A stretch of DNA of 64,000 nt from Octopus vulgaris (lineage: Eukaryota), in assembly GCA_951406725.2 (NCBI GenBank), contig OX597827.1, positions 20,584,001-20,648,000 of the forward strand, read 5' to 3'. Positions 13,128 through 28,493 of the stretch are shown here, piece after piece (the stretch's first letter is position 1; every line of letters begins with the position of its first letter). The position numbers and the translations under genes are program-made. The notes under the pieces were generated by a model. That model saw only the letters and a list, made by a program, of their open reading frames with translations, was not told the origin of the DNA and ran no database searches.

Positions 13128-13839
13128 AAATTTATATATAGTTCTTTATAAATCTGTTCTGTATATATGAATTCCAAGAAGGTCTACAAGTGGGAAAGAA
13201 CATCCTTCCATGCAGAAATTCTACAGGTGGAGGAAATATTTAGATCAATAGGAACATTGGTAAATCTGTGAACCTAACTGTAGTGATGGGTGATTGGAGA
13301 AGGTGTGGAGGGGGCGGAGGGGGGCCTGTTAGATGCTTCTGTCCAAATTCTAAGATTTAAAGGGGTTTAGTTTAAGATCCAGTTGAAGTATTGTTACTGT
13401 GGGATATCTAAAATTATTAACGGATTGTTGAAATATGAAAAGATTCACAGAATGGCCCAAGGATGGTCAAAGAACTGTTAAAGACACAAAATTAATAATA
13501 ATGATTTCTGATTGAGGCCCAGGGCCAAGGTATTAGTCAATATCATCGACTAGAGAACTAGAAAGGCATAGATGACGTTGGTAGGAGTTGAACTCAGAGA
13601 ATGAAGAATCAAACGAAATACTGTCAGGTATTTGCTTTGACACTAACAACTCTATCAATCTACCAACCTAAATAATAATAATAATAATAATAATAAATAA
13701 CAACAATAGGGAAAATAATTTGGAAAGTTGGCAAGGCAAGGTGGAAAGGTGAGAGGGTGTATAGAATTTGGACGTTGGGTGATGTTTCATGTGATCTGTA
13801 CAGTTTTAGAATATATATATTTAGCATATATTGTGTGAT

Positions 13840-14480
13840 TGGGAATTTAGGGTCATTTAGGGGTAGGGGACACGTTATGTGTGTAAAATTATCATGGATC
13901 TGGGTATATGAGTGCTTGGCATGTATGTAGATTTAGCGGTTGGCACGGGGGTCAGGGATACATGTCATATATGCAGAATGTGTATTGGGGACAACTTGTA
14001 ATTTCTGTCCACTCTATTTGCTATGTGTGTAGAATATGATATGGTTAGGAATCTGGTAAAATGTTGGCCAATACTTTTGTCATGTTTGCAGACAAATACT
14101 TTGAAAGTCTTGGTAGTTAGGTCTGTGATGAGGGCAGTGTAGTTTTGGTGAAAGATCTGGGGACAAGGTTGAGAACCCACTTCTAATGTGAGTAGAGTAC
14201 AGTGGTGGGAGGTAAGGGTTACAAACACAGGGAGTTAAGAAACAAATCTAAATATAGATATATATATAGAATTTTGAAAGAGTAAGGATACGGGACTTTA
14301 AAGAGTTCACACCTAATGTGTGCTGAATAGGTTAGGAACTAAGAAGTTTATAGAGAAAACAATATGAAGAGATTAGTGAACGATGCTACTGTATATTATT
14401 AAAACATGTGGGAAGATATGATGTGAATAATGAGCAGGTGTTTGGGGAAGGTGTACATTCGAGACAGGTTTTGGAGCCAT
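13840..14480 (-). mobile_element. Degraded Penelope-like element, region between RT and GIY-YIG
   Basis: ORF 13965-14228 (FVTLTSHH...QIFHQNYTALITDLTTKTF...KHDKSI) resembles the Penelope linker pattern, followed by a Cys-pair region. Recognised by eye only. Confidence 0.45.
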
Positions 14481-16640
14481 GTTGACAGTTAAATTTAATA
14501 CTTGAAAAAAGTGGAAAAGTTTCCACAAAATTATCTTTCCTTAGTTTAGCTAAAAATATTTAAAAAATGGTTTTAAGTCATAGAAGTAAAATAATTTCCA
14601 AACCATTTAAATAATAAAAACAAACAAACAAACAAAAAAAATGATGAAAATCATTTCTGAAGAAAGTAATTCTGAAAATGTTGGAGTTGATAAATGTATT
14701 ATCTACAGCTACAAGTGGTGTATGGTTGAGGTTTGAAATTCTCCAGTCAGGAAACTGAAAATAAATACAGGCCTAGATGAAGAAACTATGGCCTAACAAG
14801 AAGAGAAGGGGTACAAGGAGATGTAAAGGAAGTGATGAGGGTTTGTGGGAAATAAATTGATTTTTCTGTGTATAACACCAGCTCAGAAAGACTGTGTTGA
14901 ATCACATTTCAGCATGTGTGTGTGTGTGTGTGTGCGTGCATGCATGTACAAGTGGGATGATGGTAAGACGTACACAAGTTCACTCATTTATGTGACATGT
15001 ATGTGTGTGTGTGTGTATATACATACATATACACACACATATTCACACACATCTTGTGTTTGTGTGTGTGTGTGTTGTGTGTGTATATATATATATATAT
15101 ATATGTCTGTATGTATATATATATATATAAATATATATACACACACAAACGCACACACACATATATGCATATATCAACAAGCAAAGGTAAATGCCATGTA
15201 GCTTCCATGTAAATGTTTTTTTCTTTTAGGCAAGTACAATGTAAGATTTAAGTTTTGTAATTTTGTCCTTTTATATTTTGTGACAAAACACGAAGATTCA
15301 TTTAGTTTGTATTTCATAGCCTGGAATTAAAAGTTCCAGTCAAGTAGAAGGGGATCAGTTTAATTAACTAGATTCTACTCCCCTCCCCATTGTCCCGAAG
15401 ACTTTCAAGACAATAACTGGTTATCAGACCGTTCCATATTTTATGTCTGACTTGATATCAAAATGAAGATGGCTCAGTGTCGTTAGCTCTGCCAAATATA
15501 ATTAGAAGGCAGCATTTAATTAATATACAGTGAGTTGTAGCAATGACAGGAAATTCTGTGCACCAAATTATTAACTTGGTTAATGAGCTCATCATCTGTC
15601 TTCTGGTTTTGTTAAGGCAAAGAAACTTAGCAGAGCTTTCAGCAGAAGATAGAACTATAAGGGGAGTGGGGGTGGGGGAAATGAACGACCACTGCTCAAA
15701 GGATTGTTTAATCTTGATTGCATAGTTTCAGCAGTGGAAGTACCTTTGTGTGTGTGTGTGTGTGTGTGTGTGATAGGCTGACCTTTAACAAGCATTTAGG
15801 GCTGCATGTAGCAGGATGGTGCAGGCAGAAGAAAGTGAACAAAAAGGAAAGAAAAAAAAAAACAGATTTAAGGTTAAGAATCACAACAATATTCCATTTT
15901 CTGAGTTGCGTCAGATTAAGAAAAAGGCAATTTATGTTACTTTTGGGAACTGTGGATGTGTGTGTGTGTGTGTGTGAGTATGTGCATGTGTGTGTATGTG
16001 TGAGTATGTGCGTGTGTGTGTGTGTGTATGACATGGAGGCAAGCAAGAACGTTAAAGAAATCCCAAATATCAGTGTTTGAAAATGAGTTCCAATTTAGAG
16101 AAGATGGCAATGAAGAGAGGCAGGAGACCAAAGTGGTCAACTGACAATGGAATTTCCCAGTTATTCTTAGTTGCATCGATCGTTTGATAAGTGTTATATG
16201 TATTTTGTAATGTATATACACACACACAAGTATATAATTGGAGGTGAGTGTTGGTAAGTTTACCACGATTAATTAAAATAATACAACATATGGAATGTAG
16301 AGTGTTCCTTATTAAACAAAAATAAAAAAAGATATAAATACATATATGCATTATATATATACATACATACATACATATATATGCATGTATATATATATAT
16401 ATAGATACATATATATATATATAGATACATATAGTCTCAGACATAGAGGTCTGATTTTGTTTGTGTGTGTGTGTGAGAAAGAAAGAGAGAGAGAGAGCAT
16501 TTACATCTTTTTGTAGTGAAAGACAATTCTGTTACAAGGTTCCTCTACCAACCAAGGTAGACATGGCGAAGACAAACTTTTTCAACAACTGAAGGTCATC
16601 AATAAATATCAATTTCAGCCATGTTATACATGTATATATA

Positions 16641-16674
<34 letters not shown>

Positions 16675-17383
16675 CGTGTATATATATATATGTGTGTATA
16701 TATATATTTATATATATATATATATATATATATTCCATATATCTATATATATTATATATGTACATCAGAGTAAGCATATAAATGTGAAACAAGGTGGAAA
16801 AAATAGTACTTGAAAACGGGAGGTAGAGTAATATGCTATATTAATAAAGCTGCAAAGACATCACAAAAACTATTGCTCAGAGTTTCACATTCCTGTTTGG
16901 TGGACAGTTTTGGTTGAGATTGCAGCTTTATTGAAATAAAGTATATTATGTATGTATATATATATTCATCTAAGAATCTGTGAGAAACACTAGGCACTTG
17001 TATATTTGTCAATAGACTATATTAAACTAAGAGTATTCTAAGTCCATTACAACTGACTTTGACCAATCAGCTTTGCACTAGATATTAGATAACTGGATAG
17101 TTCTGTAAAACACATGTTCTGCAGAGATAGGAGATATAAAAAAAATTACGGGAATAGAGTTTGCTAAGTGGTGTTGAGATATTTTTTTTGAATATCTTAG
17201 GTGATATAATTCCATCATTGCAAAAAGATGTAGTTGCTATATTCTTTCCGTACCTACCATCCTCGAAGAGAACATGTATTAGATGTTGATAACTGTCTAA
17301 TTATTTTAATTAGTGAGATTGGTTATAACGAATCTATAATACTGTATACTTTTGTGTAATATGTGTAAATATATATTATATGC

Positions 17384-17453
<70 letters not shown>

Positions 17454-18439
17454 ACAAACATACATTCTATTTACTTGGAATTTGCAGCCTATGTGGTATA
17501 TACCTTTCATATTATCTTTATTTTCGTCTCTATAATATCTGTGAATAAGTCCTGTCACTATTAGACTTCCTGAGTTGTCATTCTGTTTCTCTTTAAAATA
17601 TAGAAGGTGTATGCTATTGAAATGTATTGGGCTTTGATTATTTCGCAGTAACCCACTGTTTTTCTATGCCTAATCCAAAAGAACTGAGCTGATCCCCCAC
17701 CCATTCACAAACTTTCTTGTAGAAATTTATCATCGTGACTATTTTAAAAATATTCTAAATGTCCATAAATCCTTTTTGTATGGATTAATTGAGAAGTTTT
17801 AAATAAAAGGTTATATAAACGTTTGTTTCTGTGTAGTTTCTTATGGCCTGTTTATATTGTTAAGAAATTTGATTGCCCAACTTTTGTTAGCAGCAACATT
17901 TTAAAGACAAATGCTCTCACATTCAGAACACTCTGTGATTTGAGCATTAGTAGAGATTTCTTTCTTAATCTAATTTTGGTTAAAAAGGTTTCAGTGAGGA
18001 ATGCCTCAAAATATGAATATTTTCTAAACAAGCTTTTCCAATCAAGAATGATAGGAAAAAAGAAAAAAAAAGTATGATTCAACCAAAAGAGCCAGCGTCA
18101 TACAAGTGGATATTTCTGAAGTTAAAGTCATCTAACTATGGAACTGGAAGAAGAATTTAGGAACTGTGACATTTTGAATACCTACTAAAGTATGGGAGGT
18201 AGTAGTAGTAGTAGTAGTAGTGGTAGTAGTAGAAGTATAGGGGGCAGGCACTGTGACAGTGCATTGTTGCATCCACCATTTGTTGGTGATTCCACCTATT
18301 CCTGGCAGATGATGCCATTGCACCACTCACGTGACACCCATACAGACAGAAAAGTATATGAAGGTATCATGGAAACTGCTGCATTCGAATAAAATGTTTG
18401 TTTTAATAGAAGATATCTTAAAGAAAAACTGCTCTTCCA

Positions 18440-18478
<39 letters not shown>

Positions 18479-20260
18479 ATGCGTGCGTGTATATACGTCT
18501 ATCAAGAAAAGAAACTTAAAATGCACCAGAAATCTTTAAAGGAATTTGTTTGCATTTAACAGTTTTTTTACAGTCGGTGATTTTCCACAGTTGTGTGAAG
18601 TGGAGGGAGATGGATGATGAATGGATCCCAACAGTTGAGACAATTCTATCATGGTTCCAACTCTCTCCATCTCAGATGACTTTTGAAAATCATGAATTTG
18701 GGAAACTGATTAACTGAATGTAAATAAATCTTTTTAAAAACTTCAAATACTTTTTCAATGTCTTTTCTTTAAACCTCTCCTTCTGTACTTGTTTAAAGAA
18801 AAACCCAACTTATTTTCACACACATACACACACTGTATAAAGGGTTCAGTATAAAAGTTTTGTGCAAATTTAATTGTGTATAAGTTTAGTTGCATAAATG
18901 GCAGAATTAATCTGATCTGAATGAATCTTCTTGAGAGTGTTTCAGCATGTCTTCCAATAATGCAAATAGAGAGAAGGGTCACTGGAAAGTTCTAGAAAGA
19001 CATTTCCCAGCATATTTTCAGTTATGCCTGGAATCACATTTGTTATTCTCACTCCAAAGTCATCTATAGAATCAGATAGAAAATGGAATGAACAATAGCT
19101 TGTTTTTAACATCACCGTAAAATGAAGTTGAAGTAAGGATTCTTTTCCTTTTTTTAACCTAATAAACAAATATAATAAATGTTTGAATTAAAGAAGCTAA
19201 ACTAGATGCCTCACACCTCAATTACAAATTAATTCTATTCTCAATAATAAGTTATTGAAATTTAAAATTGCACAAGGTCTTTAAAATGACCATATATGTA
19301 TGTCTGTACATGTGTATGTATGCACATCTGCGTATGTATGTGTGTATGCATATTTATGTATACATGTACACACACACATAAACACACATATATATGCATG
19401 CTTAAACACACACATGACTCCACCTTCGTACAGAGACGGTCACACACAAGTTGTCTTTCTGTCTTAATGTTATACAATGTATGCGGATTTTAAAAATAAG
19501 AAAACAAAAATGATATTAACATTGTTATAATAAACATGATAATGATATCATCATCAGCATCATTATTACTATTATTATTTAACCTGTATGCCGGAGAACA
19601 GAGATTGGAGAAGGGCAGTTGCCCCTTTGTACTCAGTGTAATTCTGGATCTTTGGGGTTCCTTGTTTGGCCCTAAGTGCCTTCCCCATCTTTTAGGGCAT
19701 AGATTACCTTTTTCTATGCCTGCTTTTTTGAGATTTTCCATAATTTGCGCAGCATAAAAACCTTTACTGCTCCTTGTCATGTCCCATTGCCCTTGTGGCA
19801 AATTAGACATCGTCATCATTGTCATAATTATTTTCCTTTTTCATTTCTTTTCATTATAAAATGTCTCGTTAGTTAATTGGAATTCTTTTATTTCTAATTA
19901 ACTCATTTGTCATCCAATGATTTTTATTTTCATTTTTCTTCCCTTCCTCTTCATTTCCTTCATTTTTTTCGTCGCTCCCCCCCTCTTTTTTTTTCTCCTC
20001 CATCAACCATTTGGTGTGTGATAAGGGTTAGGGGTTGGTCTTCTGTGGAAATTCACCCCCCACCCCACCTGTTCTTCCTGAATTGAGTGGTTTGTTTCTT
20101 TATTATATTTTTTTCTGTGTTTTCGTTGTAGCAGTAATTTCCTTGTTAAAAGACATGCACTGTAATGGTGGTGTGATAGGATGGGGAGGAGAAGATTGGC
20201 GGTGGTGGTGGTGGTGGGGGGGATGTTTTAGTGATGTTAGATACATGGAAGAAACAGGTG

Positions 20261-20301
<41 letters not shown>

Positions 20302-20812
20302 AGAAACAGGAATGAAATGAAGAGGAGGGTGTAAGAAGAGTATAAAGAGGAGGAGAATAAAATGTATGAGAAAATGAGAAAACCAGGTGAATGTGTGTGT
20401 GTGTGTGTGTGTATAGCTAGAGAGAGAGGTGGAGGAGGAGGAGGTGGTGGAGGGGGCTCTGTAATTGTGATTTCTTTTGTGTATTTATTGCTTTAATGTT
20501 TAATATTTTTGTTTTCTTTTGATCATTACTATTTGTGTTTATCTTATTGTAGTAGTAGTAGCGGTGGTGGTAGAAATAGTAGTAGTAGTAGTAGTAGTAG
20601 TAGTATGGTGCAGGAGGAGGAGAAGGAGGAGGAGGAGGAGCAGTGGTGGCATGGGTGTCTTTGAATTATGTTCTTTACCTTCTTTTCTGCTTTTTGTCAA
20701 AATTTTGGAATGATCTGGAAGATAATGATTGACTTAGTTGAATGGTTTTCATGAGAGTTTGAAGTGGGAACAGGGAAGTCTGGGCATGTTGTCTTCACTC
20801 GGTAAGCGTGGC

Positions 20813-20882
20813 TCACTTGATGCCTTTCTTCTCGAGCTGTTGCCTTACCATAGAAAGGTACGATGCATCAGGGAAGCCACAG
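20813..20882 (-). CDS. DTX3L-like: Terminal coding exon of the Deltex C-terminal domain
   Basis: Acceptor ttctctgattctctttcag|C (phase 2). Translates (N)CGFPDASYLSMVRQQLEKKGIK-TGA, matching the Deltex G[YF]PDxxYL...L..KGI terminus. Confidence 0.95.
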
Positions 20883-21153
20883 CTGAAAGAGAATCAGAGA
20901 AATGGTGAGACAAAGACACAGACATGAAGCAGTGTAAGGTGAATGAGAAGAGATTGGCACACTGTACAACCTATGGGCAAACGGTAGCCGAAAGGGTTTT
21001 CTGAATGGTATGCCTAATGAAAGACTACCTTGACCCTTTTCTTAATAAAAAGTAACCAGCCTGATGATGAGCCATGTCATGTATAGAAGGTTCATACACA
21101 CATACCATGAAGCATTCATTCATGAAATACAGATATATATATATATATACAGT

Positions 21154-21202
<49 letters not shown>

Positions 21203-21889
21203 TACAATATATATATATATATATAAGAATAAATGTTTTTATATATAATGAACGTGAAATACAGGAAGGGACGAACACGGAACACAGACAAATCATTCGA
21301 AGCCTTCAATCTTCAGTCAGACACCGAATCATCATAGCAAATTTCGGCTGTTCAATTCTGATATTTGCTCCAACTCGGCCAGCCCCAAGAAAAAAACTAA
21401 GCTGTAAACATTAGAATTCTTGGTAGAAGACAGGAATGTGAACGCACGAGACGGATGTAAATACAAGAGACGAAAACGAAATTGAAAACAGTAATGGATA
21501 AACAAAATATAACGATGGTTGTCTTACGACTTTAGACCAAATGAGACAAAAACAACAACAACATAGCAGCTGGCGTAGAAATAATTACCGTTTCGGTAGA
21601 GGGGACACATGTTGGTCGAGATACGATCGCCAACAGAATGGTTAAGAAGCAGCAGGTTGCAGGAGAGAGAGAGAAAGAGAGACAGAGAGAGAGGGAATCA
21701 AAGAGGGTGGAAGGCAGGGGACAGAATCAGTGACCAAGAGAAAAGGAGAAAGAAGGGATTAAGGAGGATGGGAGGAAGAGGGGGGAAGAATCGGAGGGCG
21801 CCAAAATAGTTTGGTAAAGAAGCAATGGCGGGTAGGAAAGACAAAGTGTATAGAAGTCATATATATATATACATACAGTACAATATATA

Positions 21890-22087
21890 TCATCATCATC
21901 ATCATCATCATCGTCGTTTAACGTCCGTTCTCCATGCTAGCATGGGTTGGACGGTTCGACCGGGGTTCTGGGAAGCCAGAAGGCTGCACCAGGCTCCAGT
22001 CTAATCTGGCAATGTTTCTACAGCTGGATGCCCTTCCTAACGCCAACCACTCCGTGAGTGTAGTGGGTGCTTTTTACGTGCCACCTG

Positions 22088-22090
<3 letters not shown>
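21890..22090 (-). mobile_element. Family C retroposon, 3' part
   Basis: Near-identical to 12060-12245. Confidence 0.85.
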
Positions 22091-22135
<45 letters not shown>

Positions 22136-22370
22136 ACTGTTCCATGACGGTAAGATCAACAAAAAAATTTCTCCATCTGGTGAGAAATGAATATTATTTA
22201 ATAAACACAATATGTTTTTATGTGCTACTATTAGTTCCATGTGCTGAGAACATGCCAAACAGTGATTTTTTAACACGTTTAGTGGCCTAGCACAATGATC
22301 AGACACTGTCCACATGGCATAACAAACTATGCTATGTGGGCAAAGTCTGATGATTGTGCTTGCACACCTG

Positions 22371-22433
<63 letters not shown>

Positions 22434-22870
22434 CAGTATTATACCCACTCTGGCAACAAATTCTCTGAACAAACAGACAAGTTAGTGACATTGATAAAAA
22501 ATATTTTTATATTCTTAAATCCTTACAGCACACTCACACTGTCACATTGTATTACACAGGACACTGCCAATTGCCCAAATGCGCACAACTGTACTGTACA
22601 CAAGACAGAACTACACCATACACAACAGTGGACCAAACCCACAACACTGGACCACAGCCAACACTAGACCACATACATGACATCCCAGAGCCTTACACTA
22701 CATCTTTCACATCATTCACAATGTCATACTAACACTATGTATAAACCCTGGCTATATCTTCCTTACATATTGGCTTCTTTCAACCATTCACTCTCTGCTG
22801 CATTAAAAATCTTTTGGAGATGACAACCATTATTGAATGGTAACAAGAACAACATAAGAGAGAGCACTTA

Positions 22871-23092
<222 letters not shown>

Positions 23093-23838
23093 TCAATAGA
23101 AACGCATATTATTTTGAAGAACTCTTGTCCTTTTCAGTTCTAGAAATGGTAACACAAACAAAATGTTTTTGACGCCATACACAGACACACAAACTCTTTG
23201 ACATAATAGAAATCTTCCATTTGCTCAATGTATTCTTAAAAAAAAAAATCAATAAATATTTGAAGAATTTAAAAATCACTAAAATATTCTTGCTGCCACT
23301 GATTTCAAATCTTCAAGGATTTTGTCATTTTCGGTTGTAAATGGGAGCAGCAGAAATTAAGGAAGACCATAAACTTGATTTATGAGAGAATAAAATTCCA
23401 TAAAATGATTTTTGTCATATTTCCTGAGGATCACAGACCAATTCAATAATCCAATGTTTATTTATCACTTTTCTGGATTTCCTTCCAATAAGTGACTTTA
23501 ATCAAAGTATTTGGTCAATTGATGCCTCGTGGATGAAACAGGGTAGATGGAAACTGTGATGGTGGTGGGAGGAAGTCCATTGGATGGATCATACTAGTAA
23601 TTCTAAAGAGCTACTCTTGTCACGCGTTATGTCATGATTCTGTTTGACAAGAGCCCAATACTGGAATACTCGACCACTTCTATGCTAATGAAGAGGTTGT
23701 TGTAGAGTTGATTAAACAACTAGAAAACACATGGTTAAAACTGAGGAACATGTGTTTACTTTAGCTTTTACAGTAAATCTGAAGCTATACACACACACAT
23801 ACATACATACATCAAGATAGATAGATAGATAGATAGAG

Positions 23839-23881
<43 letters not shown>

Positions 23882-23899
23882 CTGAAATAGTAAACTCAC

Positions 23900-25317
23900 C
23901 TCTTGTATGCCATCAGGTATTGTATAATTAATGACAATAGTTCCATTGGCTGTCTCATATCCGGGCAATTTTAGTTTATGTTCTAATGTCACACACATTT
24001 TGCCGTTCTTGGGCTGATCCCCAACAATCGGTGCATACACGGTGCCACAGTCAGGGCAGACAGGTTTTTTCTTTGTAATTTCACGGTAGCATGCTTTACA
24101 CAAGCAGTGACCACAGCACAGTTCTTCTCGTTGACCAATTCTCTCTCGACAGCTGCTACATAAGTCGCGCTCTTTGTCCAGAAGAGCATTGATGTGGTTT
24201 GTTGCACGCATATCATAATCTCCGTCCTTCTTTGATTTGTCTGAGTCTTTCTTATTCTTTTCTCCACGATGGCTTGACGATTTAGATTCTTTCTCTGATG
24301 TACTCTCCATGCTTTTTGGCGGTTGGAAACCGGAACGAGGTTTCGATGAGTCTTTAGAATGGACTTTTTGTGATGTACTCAATAGTGATTGTTTAACGGA
24401 AGTAGACTGGTGACCTTTGGACGGCGTTGATGTCGCAGAGCTGCAGGACGCCTTGGAACCTTTTGTTTCTTTACTGCTACATCCTTTTCCTCCATCTTCA
24501 CAATTGCTGTTAACATTGTTGCTACTGTTTGTGTTGTTGGTCGCATTAGCAGCATTTTTCTCATCTTTTTCCAGATGGCATGAAGTGGATCTAGCCAGCC
24601 TTGCGCCGACGCGAACATCCATGTCACTTCCACCTACAACGCTAGACTGTATTCGGTTTCGCACTACTGACCCCACAGAACTGGATCGTTTCCGGTCCAG
24701 ATTAGTTTCTCTAATGGCTCCCAGAGTTGTTTTGGTTTGATGAATTAAAGCTGAAAGGCACGATGTGACTCCATCTGGACTCTCTTCATCGATTTTGCAA
24801 TCAGCCTTCTTGCGGAAATTTAAAGAATTTGCTTTCTGTTCACAGTTGGTTTGTGCATCGTTGTTCTTCGTCATGCAGCCATTCTCCAGTTGGCACATTG
24901 CTTGGGTGTAGGAGGGACTGCGACGAGGTGAACCCAACCCTATTGGTTTATTAACTTCTGATGGTGCTGGTGGTTCTAACTGGGATTCTTTGGGAACCAA
25001 CTGTTTCTTTACTTTTGCATCACTGGTCTTTGGTTCTGCAGAAACATTGGCAGCTTTCTTTGTCTGCTGTGAACAATGTCTTTGGGATTGTTTCCTACAA
25101 GAAAATTTATAACGCTCCAGGGCAGCCTCTGTGATTTCTTTAGAGTCCATCGAATTCAGCTGGTTGAGGATGATGATGGCAAACGTCACACTATCACGGT
25201 CGTTGATCACGAGTCGGATGTCCTTCAGTAATTTCGGCGTATTCTCGTCACTGGTATAAATGAGCAGAGCGTCGTAGAAAGCATTGATGCTCAAGTCAAA
25301 ATCAACTCCAAATGAAC
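23900..25317 (-). CDS. DTX3L-like: Coding exon: end of macrodomain, disordered linker, C3HC4 RING (about 24047-24160) and start of the Deltex C-terminal domain
   Basis: Lies within the 520-aa ORF 23768-25330. Acceptor ctctcttgtgttgagttcag|GT (phase 1) completes ISTG|SFGVD; donor GAG|GTGAGT (phase 0). RING spacing is C-x2-C-x11-C-x-H-x2-C-x2-C-x10-C-x2-C, followed by the Deltex motifs GDQP, LPGY and GTIVINYTIPDGIQ. Confidence 0.95.
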
Positions 25318-26112
25318 CTGAACTCAACACAAGAGAGAAAGAGGAGGAAGAAAGTGAGAAAGTGAAGTTGAAATGATGAACTGATTGATATAAGATTAGT
25401 TGTGATGGTGGTTGTCATGGTTAACGGCAATTGATCAATATTGAGGTGATGATAAGGAATGGTAGGTTGTGATGGCAATGGGAAATGGAGAAGGTAATTG
25501 CAAGAGGAGGATAAGTATAGGGTAGACTAGTGCTATGGTGTGGTCAGAATGTGTGCATATAGAGTTGTGGTTGGTCAAGGCTGACCAAGTAGCTGCAAAT
25601 TTATGTACAAACCTGGATAAGATTTTTTGAAGAAGACTGGTAATTGCACATACTTGCAAGTGTCCCTTCTTCACACCACTGATGTTCAGCAAAGGGAAAG
25701 GCTGCAAACTCAGCCCAATACAGCACTTGGCACCAATGTTGTCCAAGATATTGCTGTGAGAATCTTAAGAGTCAGGACAGACTCCATATTGCATTTCACT
25801 TGACCCTTCAACTAATTCACGGCTCATGATTGGTACTCCAAATAGATGAAAGGCAAAGTTGAGCTCAGCAAGATTTCAACTCACAGAGTCAGAACAAATA
25901 CTGTGAGATATTCTGTTCAATGTTCCAATGAATTTATTAATTCACTAGTATAACATTTATGTGAGATAATGAGATGTGTAATATGGTGATTGTGGTTGAA
26001 GTTGGAGCAGATATAAGATGGTGATAGTTCAGTGAAGATATATATAAAAATATGTTGGTGGTAGTTTAGTAATGATATGTTGGTAAAGATATATGGTGGT
26101 AGTTTAGTAAAG

Positions 26113-26145
<33 letters not shown>

Positions 26146-26645
26146 ATAGACACACACATTTACAAAATATACGTATGATTATATTATGTAATGTGCTGCT
26201 CTTCTTTAAGATTGTAGGTGAGATTTGGCTACTGTTTTTAGCATGTCTAATGACCATGTAGATTATGATGATGGGTAAGAAGAACATTGGCGGAGAGGAA
26301 TCTTTGTCAGTGAATATTGCCTAACAATTGGTCGAATGGAAAGCAGGCTGGAGTAATAGGGACCATGAAAATGGCCAGGGCTGTTGATAAGGGAAAGGAG
26401 GTGGAGAAATGGGGCAGGTCAACTGTAGATTCAATAAAACTATAATCAAAGACATTCCAGTTATGACCATCTTGCCTTTCTGAAGAACTACATGATGTGG
26501 TGAAAAGACAGGATGATGGATAGGGTAATTAAAGTGGTGTGTAGCCAAAACTATGGCACTTATATATACATCCATAAATACACATCCATACATACATGCA
26601 TCCACATATACACATCCACATATATGCATCCATATATCTACATCC

Positions 26646-26684
<39 letters not shown>

Positions 26685-27009
26685 TGCATGACTGTATTGT
26701 AAGAAGTTTGATTCCAGATCACATGGTCGTGGGTTCAGTCTTACTACATGGCTTCTACCAAAGTCGCAGGCCAACCAAAGCCGTGTGAGTAGATCTGGTA
26801 GGCAGAAACTGAAAACAAAACCCATTGTATGTGTACCGAACAGTGAGAATGAGTGTTCAACACTGCATTGGTGGATAAATATTCTTTATTTGTGGGTTTT
26901 CTCATCCAAAATGGAGATGAGTACTAACACTTCCATGTGGCATGCTTGAACAATTGTGAAGATCTCTTCACATGAAACAGTTGGTTGCCTTGTTAACCTA
27001 CATGTAAAG

Positions 27010-27072
<63 letters not shown>

Positions 27073-27330
27073 GTCTCCTTGCCTTCATTTTATGTAATAG
27101 TTATAAATTAATGTTATCATCATGCACATGGTGTCATTGGTTTCCAATCTCCCATGGAAACATGTCTGGTCTTGGGGAAATATTAGCAACTTCTTTGAAA
27201 CAAGTGAGGGTTGGCAACAGGAAATACATCCAGCTGTAGAAAATCTACCCCAACAAATTCTGTCTGTCGCTAGTATAAAAAAGTGGATGTTAAAATGGTG
27301 ACACACACACACACACATATATATATATAC

Positions 27331-27616
27331 ATCATCATCATCATCATCATCGTTTAACATCCGCTTTCTATGCTAGCATGGGTTCTATGCTAGCATGCTA
27401 TGCTAGCATGGTCTGTGAAGCCAGAAGGCTGCGCCAGGCCCAGTCTGATCTGGCAGTGTTTCTGCAGCTGGATGCCCTTCCTAACGCCAACCACTCCGAG
27501 AGTGTAGTGGGTGCTTTTTATGTACCACAGGCACAGGTGCCAGACGAGGCTGGCAAACGGCCACGATCGGATTGTGCTTTTTACGTGCCACCGGCACGGA
27601 GGCCAGTCGGGGCGAC
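27331..27616 (-). mobile_element. Family C retroposon
   Basis: Homologous to 12050-12395. Confidence 0.8.
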
Positions 27617-28437
27617 ATATATATATATATATGTGTATTCATATATATGTATGTATATATGATGTTCAGTCATAGCATTTTTATGTCTGTTTTTCCATTC
27701 TAGAATATATACTACTGAGGCATTGTTTTACTGCTGGACTTCCTTCGTGCCATGAACCTTCACATGTTTTTCAAGTAACGGATCTTTTACTTCTCTCATG
27801 TCTTTGAAGGCACTAAGTAAAAGAAAAGTGACAATGCCAACACCACTTGAACCGAGATTTGTGGAGAACAAACGCACATACATACACGTGTGTACTCCCC
27901 CACCCCACACATACACAAGAAGCTTCTCTCAGTTCCCCTCTACTAAATCCACTGACAAAGCTTTGGTTGGCCTGGGGCAATGGTAGAAGACATTTACCCA
28001 AGGTACTATGCAGTGGGACTGAACCTGGAACCTCGTTGGGAAGTGAACTTCTTAACCACACAGCCATGCCTGCACTGATCAACTGCACTCTGTACTCACA
28101 ACAAAGTACAGCACTTACATTGTAATTCTCAAACAGATTCAATGTGACACAATCACAAAACCACCCCCATGCAATTACAGGTACTGTTCTGCTAACAGGG
28201 TCCCAGGTGATGTCCACCAAATTTCATTGAAGGCATTGATCAACTTGACATTACGGTAGACAACAACTGACCAAGATGACCCCACAGTAAAAGCAGAACC
28301 AAGCCAGGGAGTTGTGAAGCAAACCCTCTACACATGACCATGCCTGCATCTACACACACATACACACAGTGTCCCAAAGTAATGCAGCATTTAAACATAT
28401 GGTGTATTTGAAAACAAGGTAAACTTTTGGACAGATG

Positions 28438-28493
<56 letters not shown>

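Noticed and set aside
16870-16910. Relative of the 45804-45841 hammerhead motif
   Set aside because: The CUGAUGA box is mutated to CCACCAA and the cleavage site is altered, so it is not a viable ribozyme.
17000-17790. Possible LINE reverse-transcriptase remnant on the minus strand (also 34400-35130)
   Set aside because: Too decayed to show a diagnostic motif by eye.
20484-20489. AATAAA on the minus strand about 320 nt after the stop codon
   Set aside because: The hexamer is common in AT-rich DNA and cannot be assigned as the poly(A) signal without transcript data.
21245-21860. CpG-richer block inside the last intron, possible extra exon
   Set aside because: The flanking exons join cleanly without it. 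It sits between TA-rich repeats and looks like a retroelement fragment that I could not classify confidently.
23768-23899. C-terminal tail of the 520-aa ORF (VSLLFQYLSLSLS...)
   Set aside because: Intronic microsatellite read-through after the GAG|GTGAGT donor.
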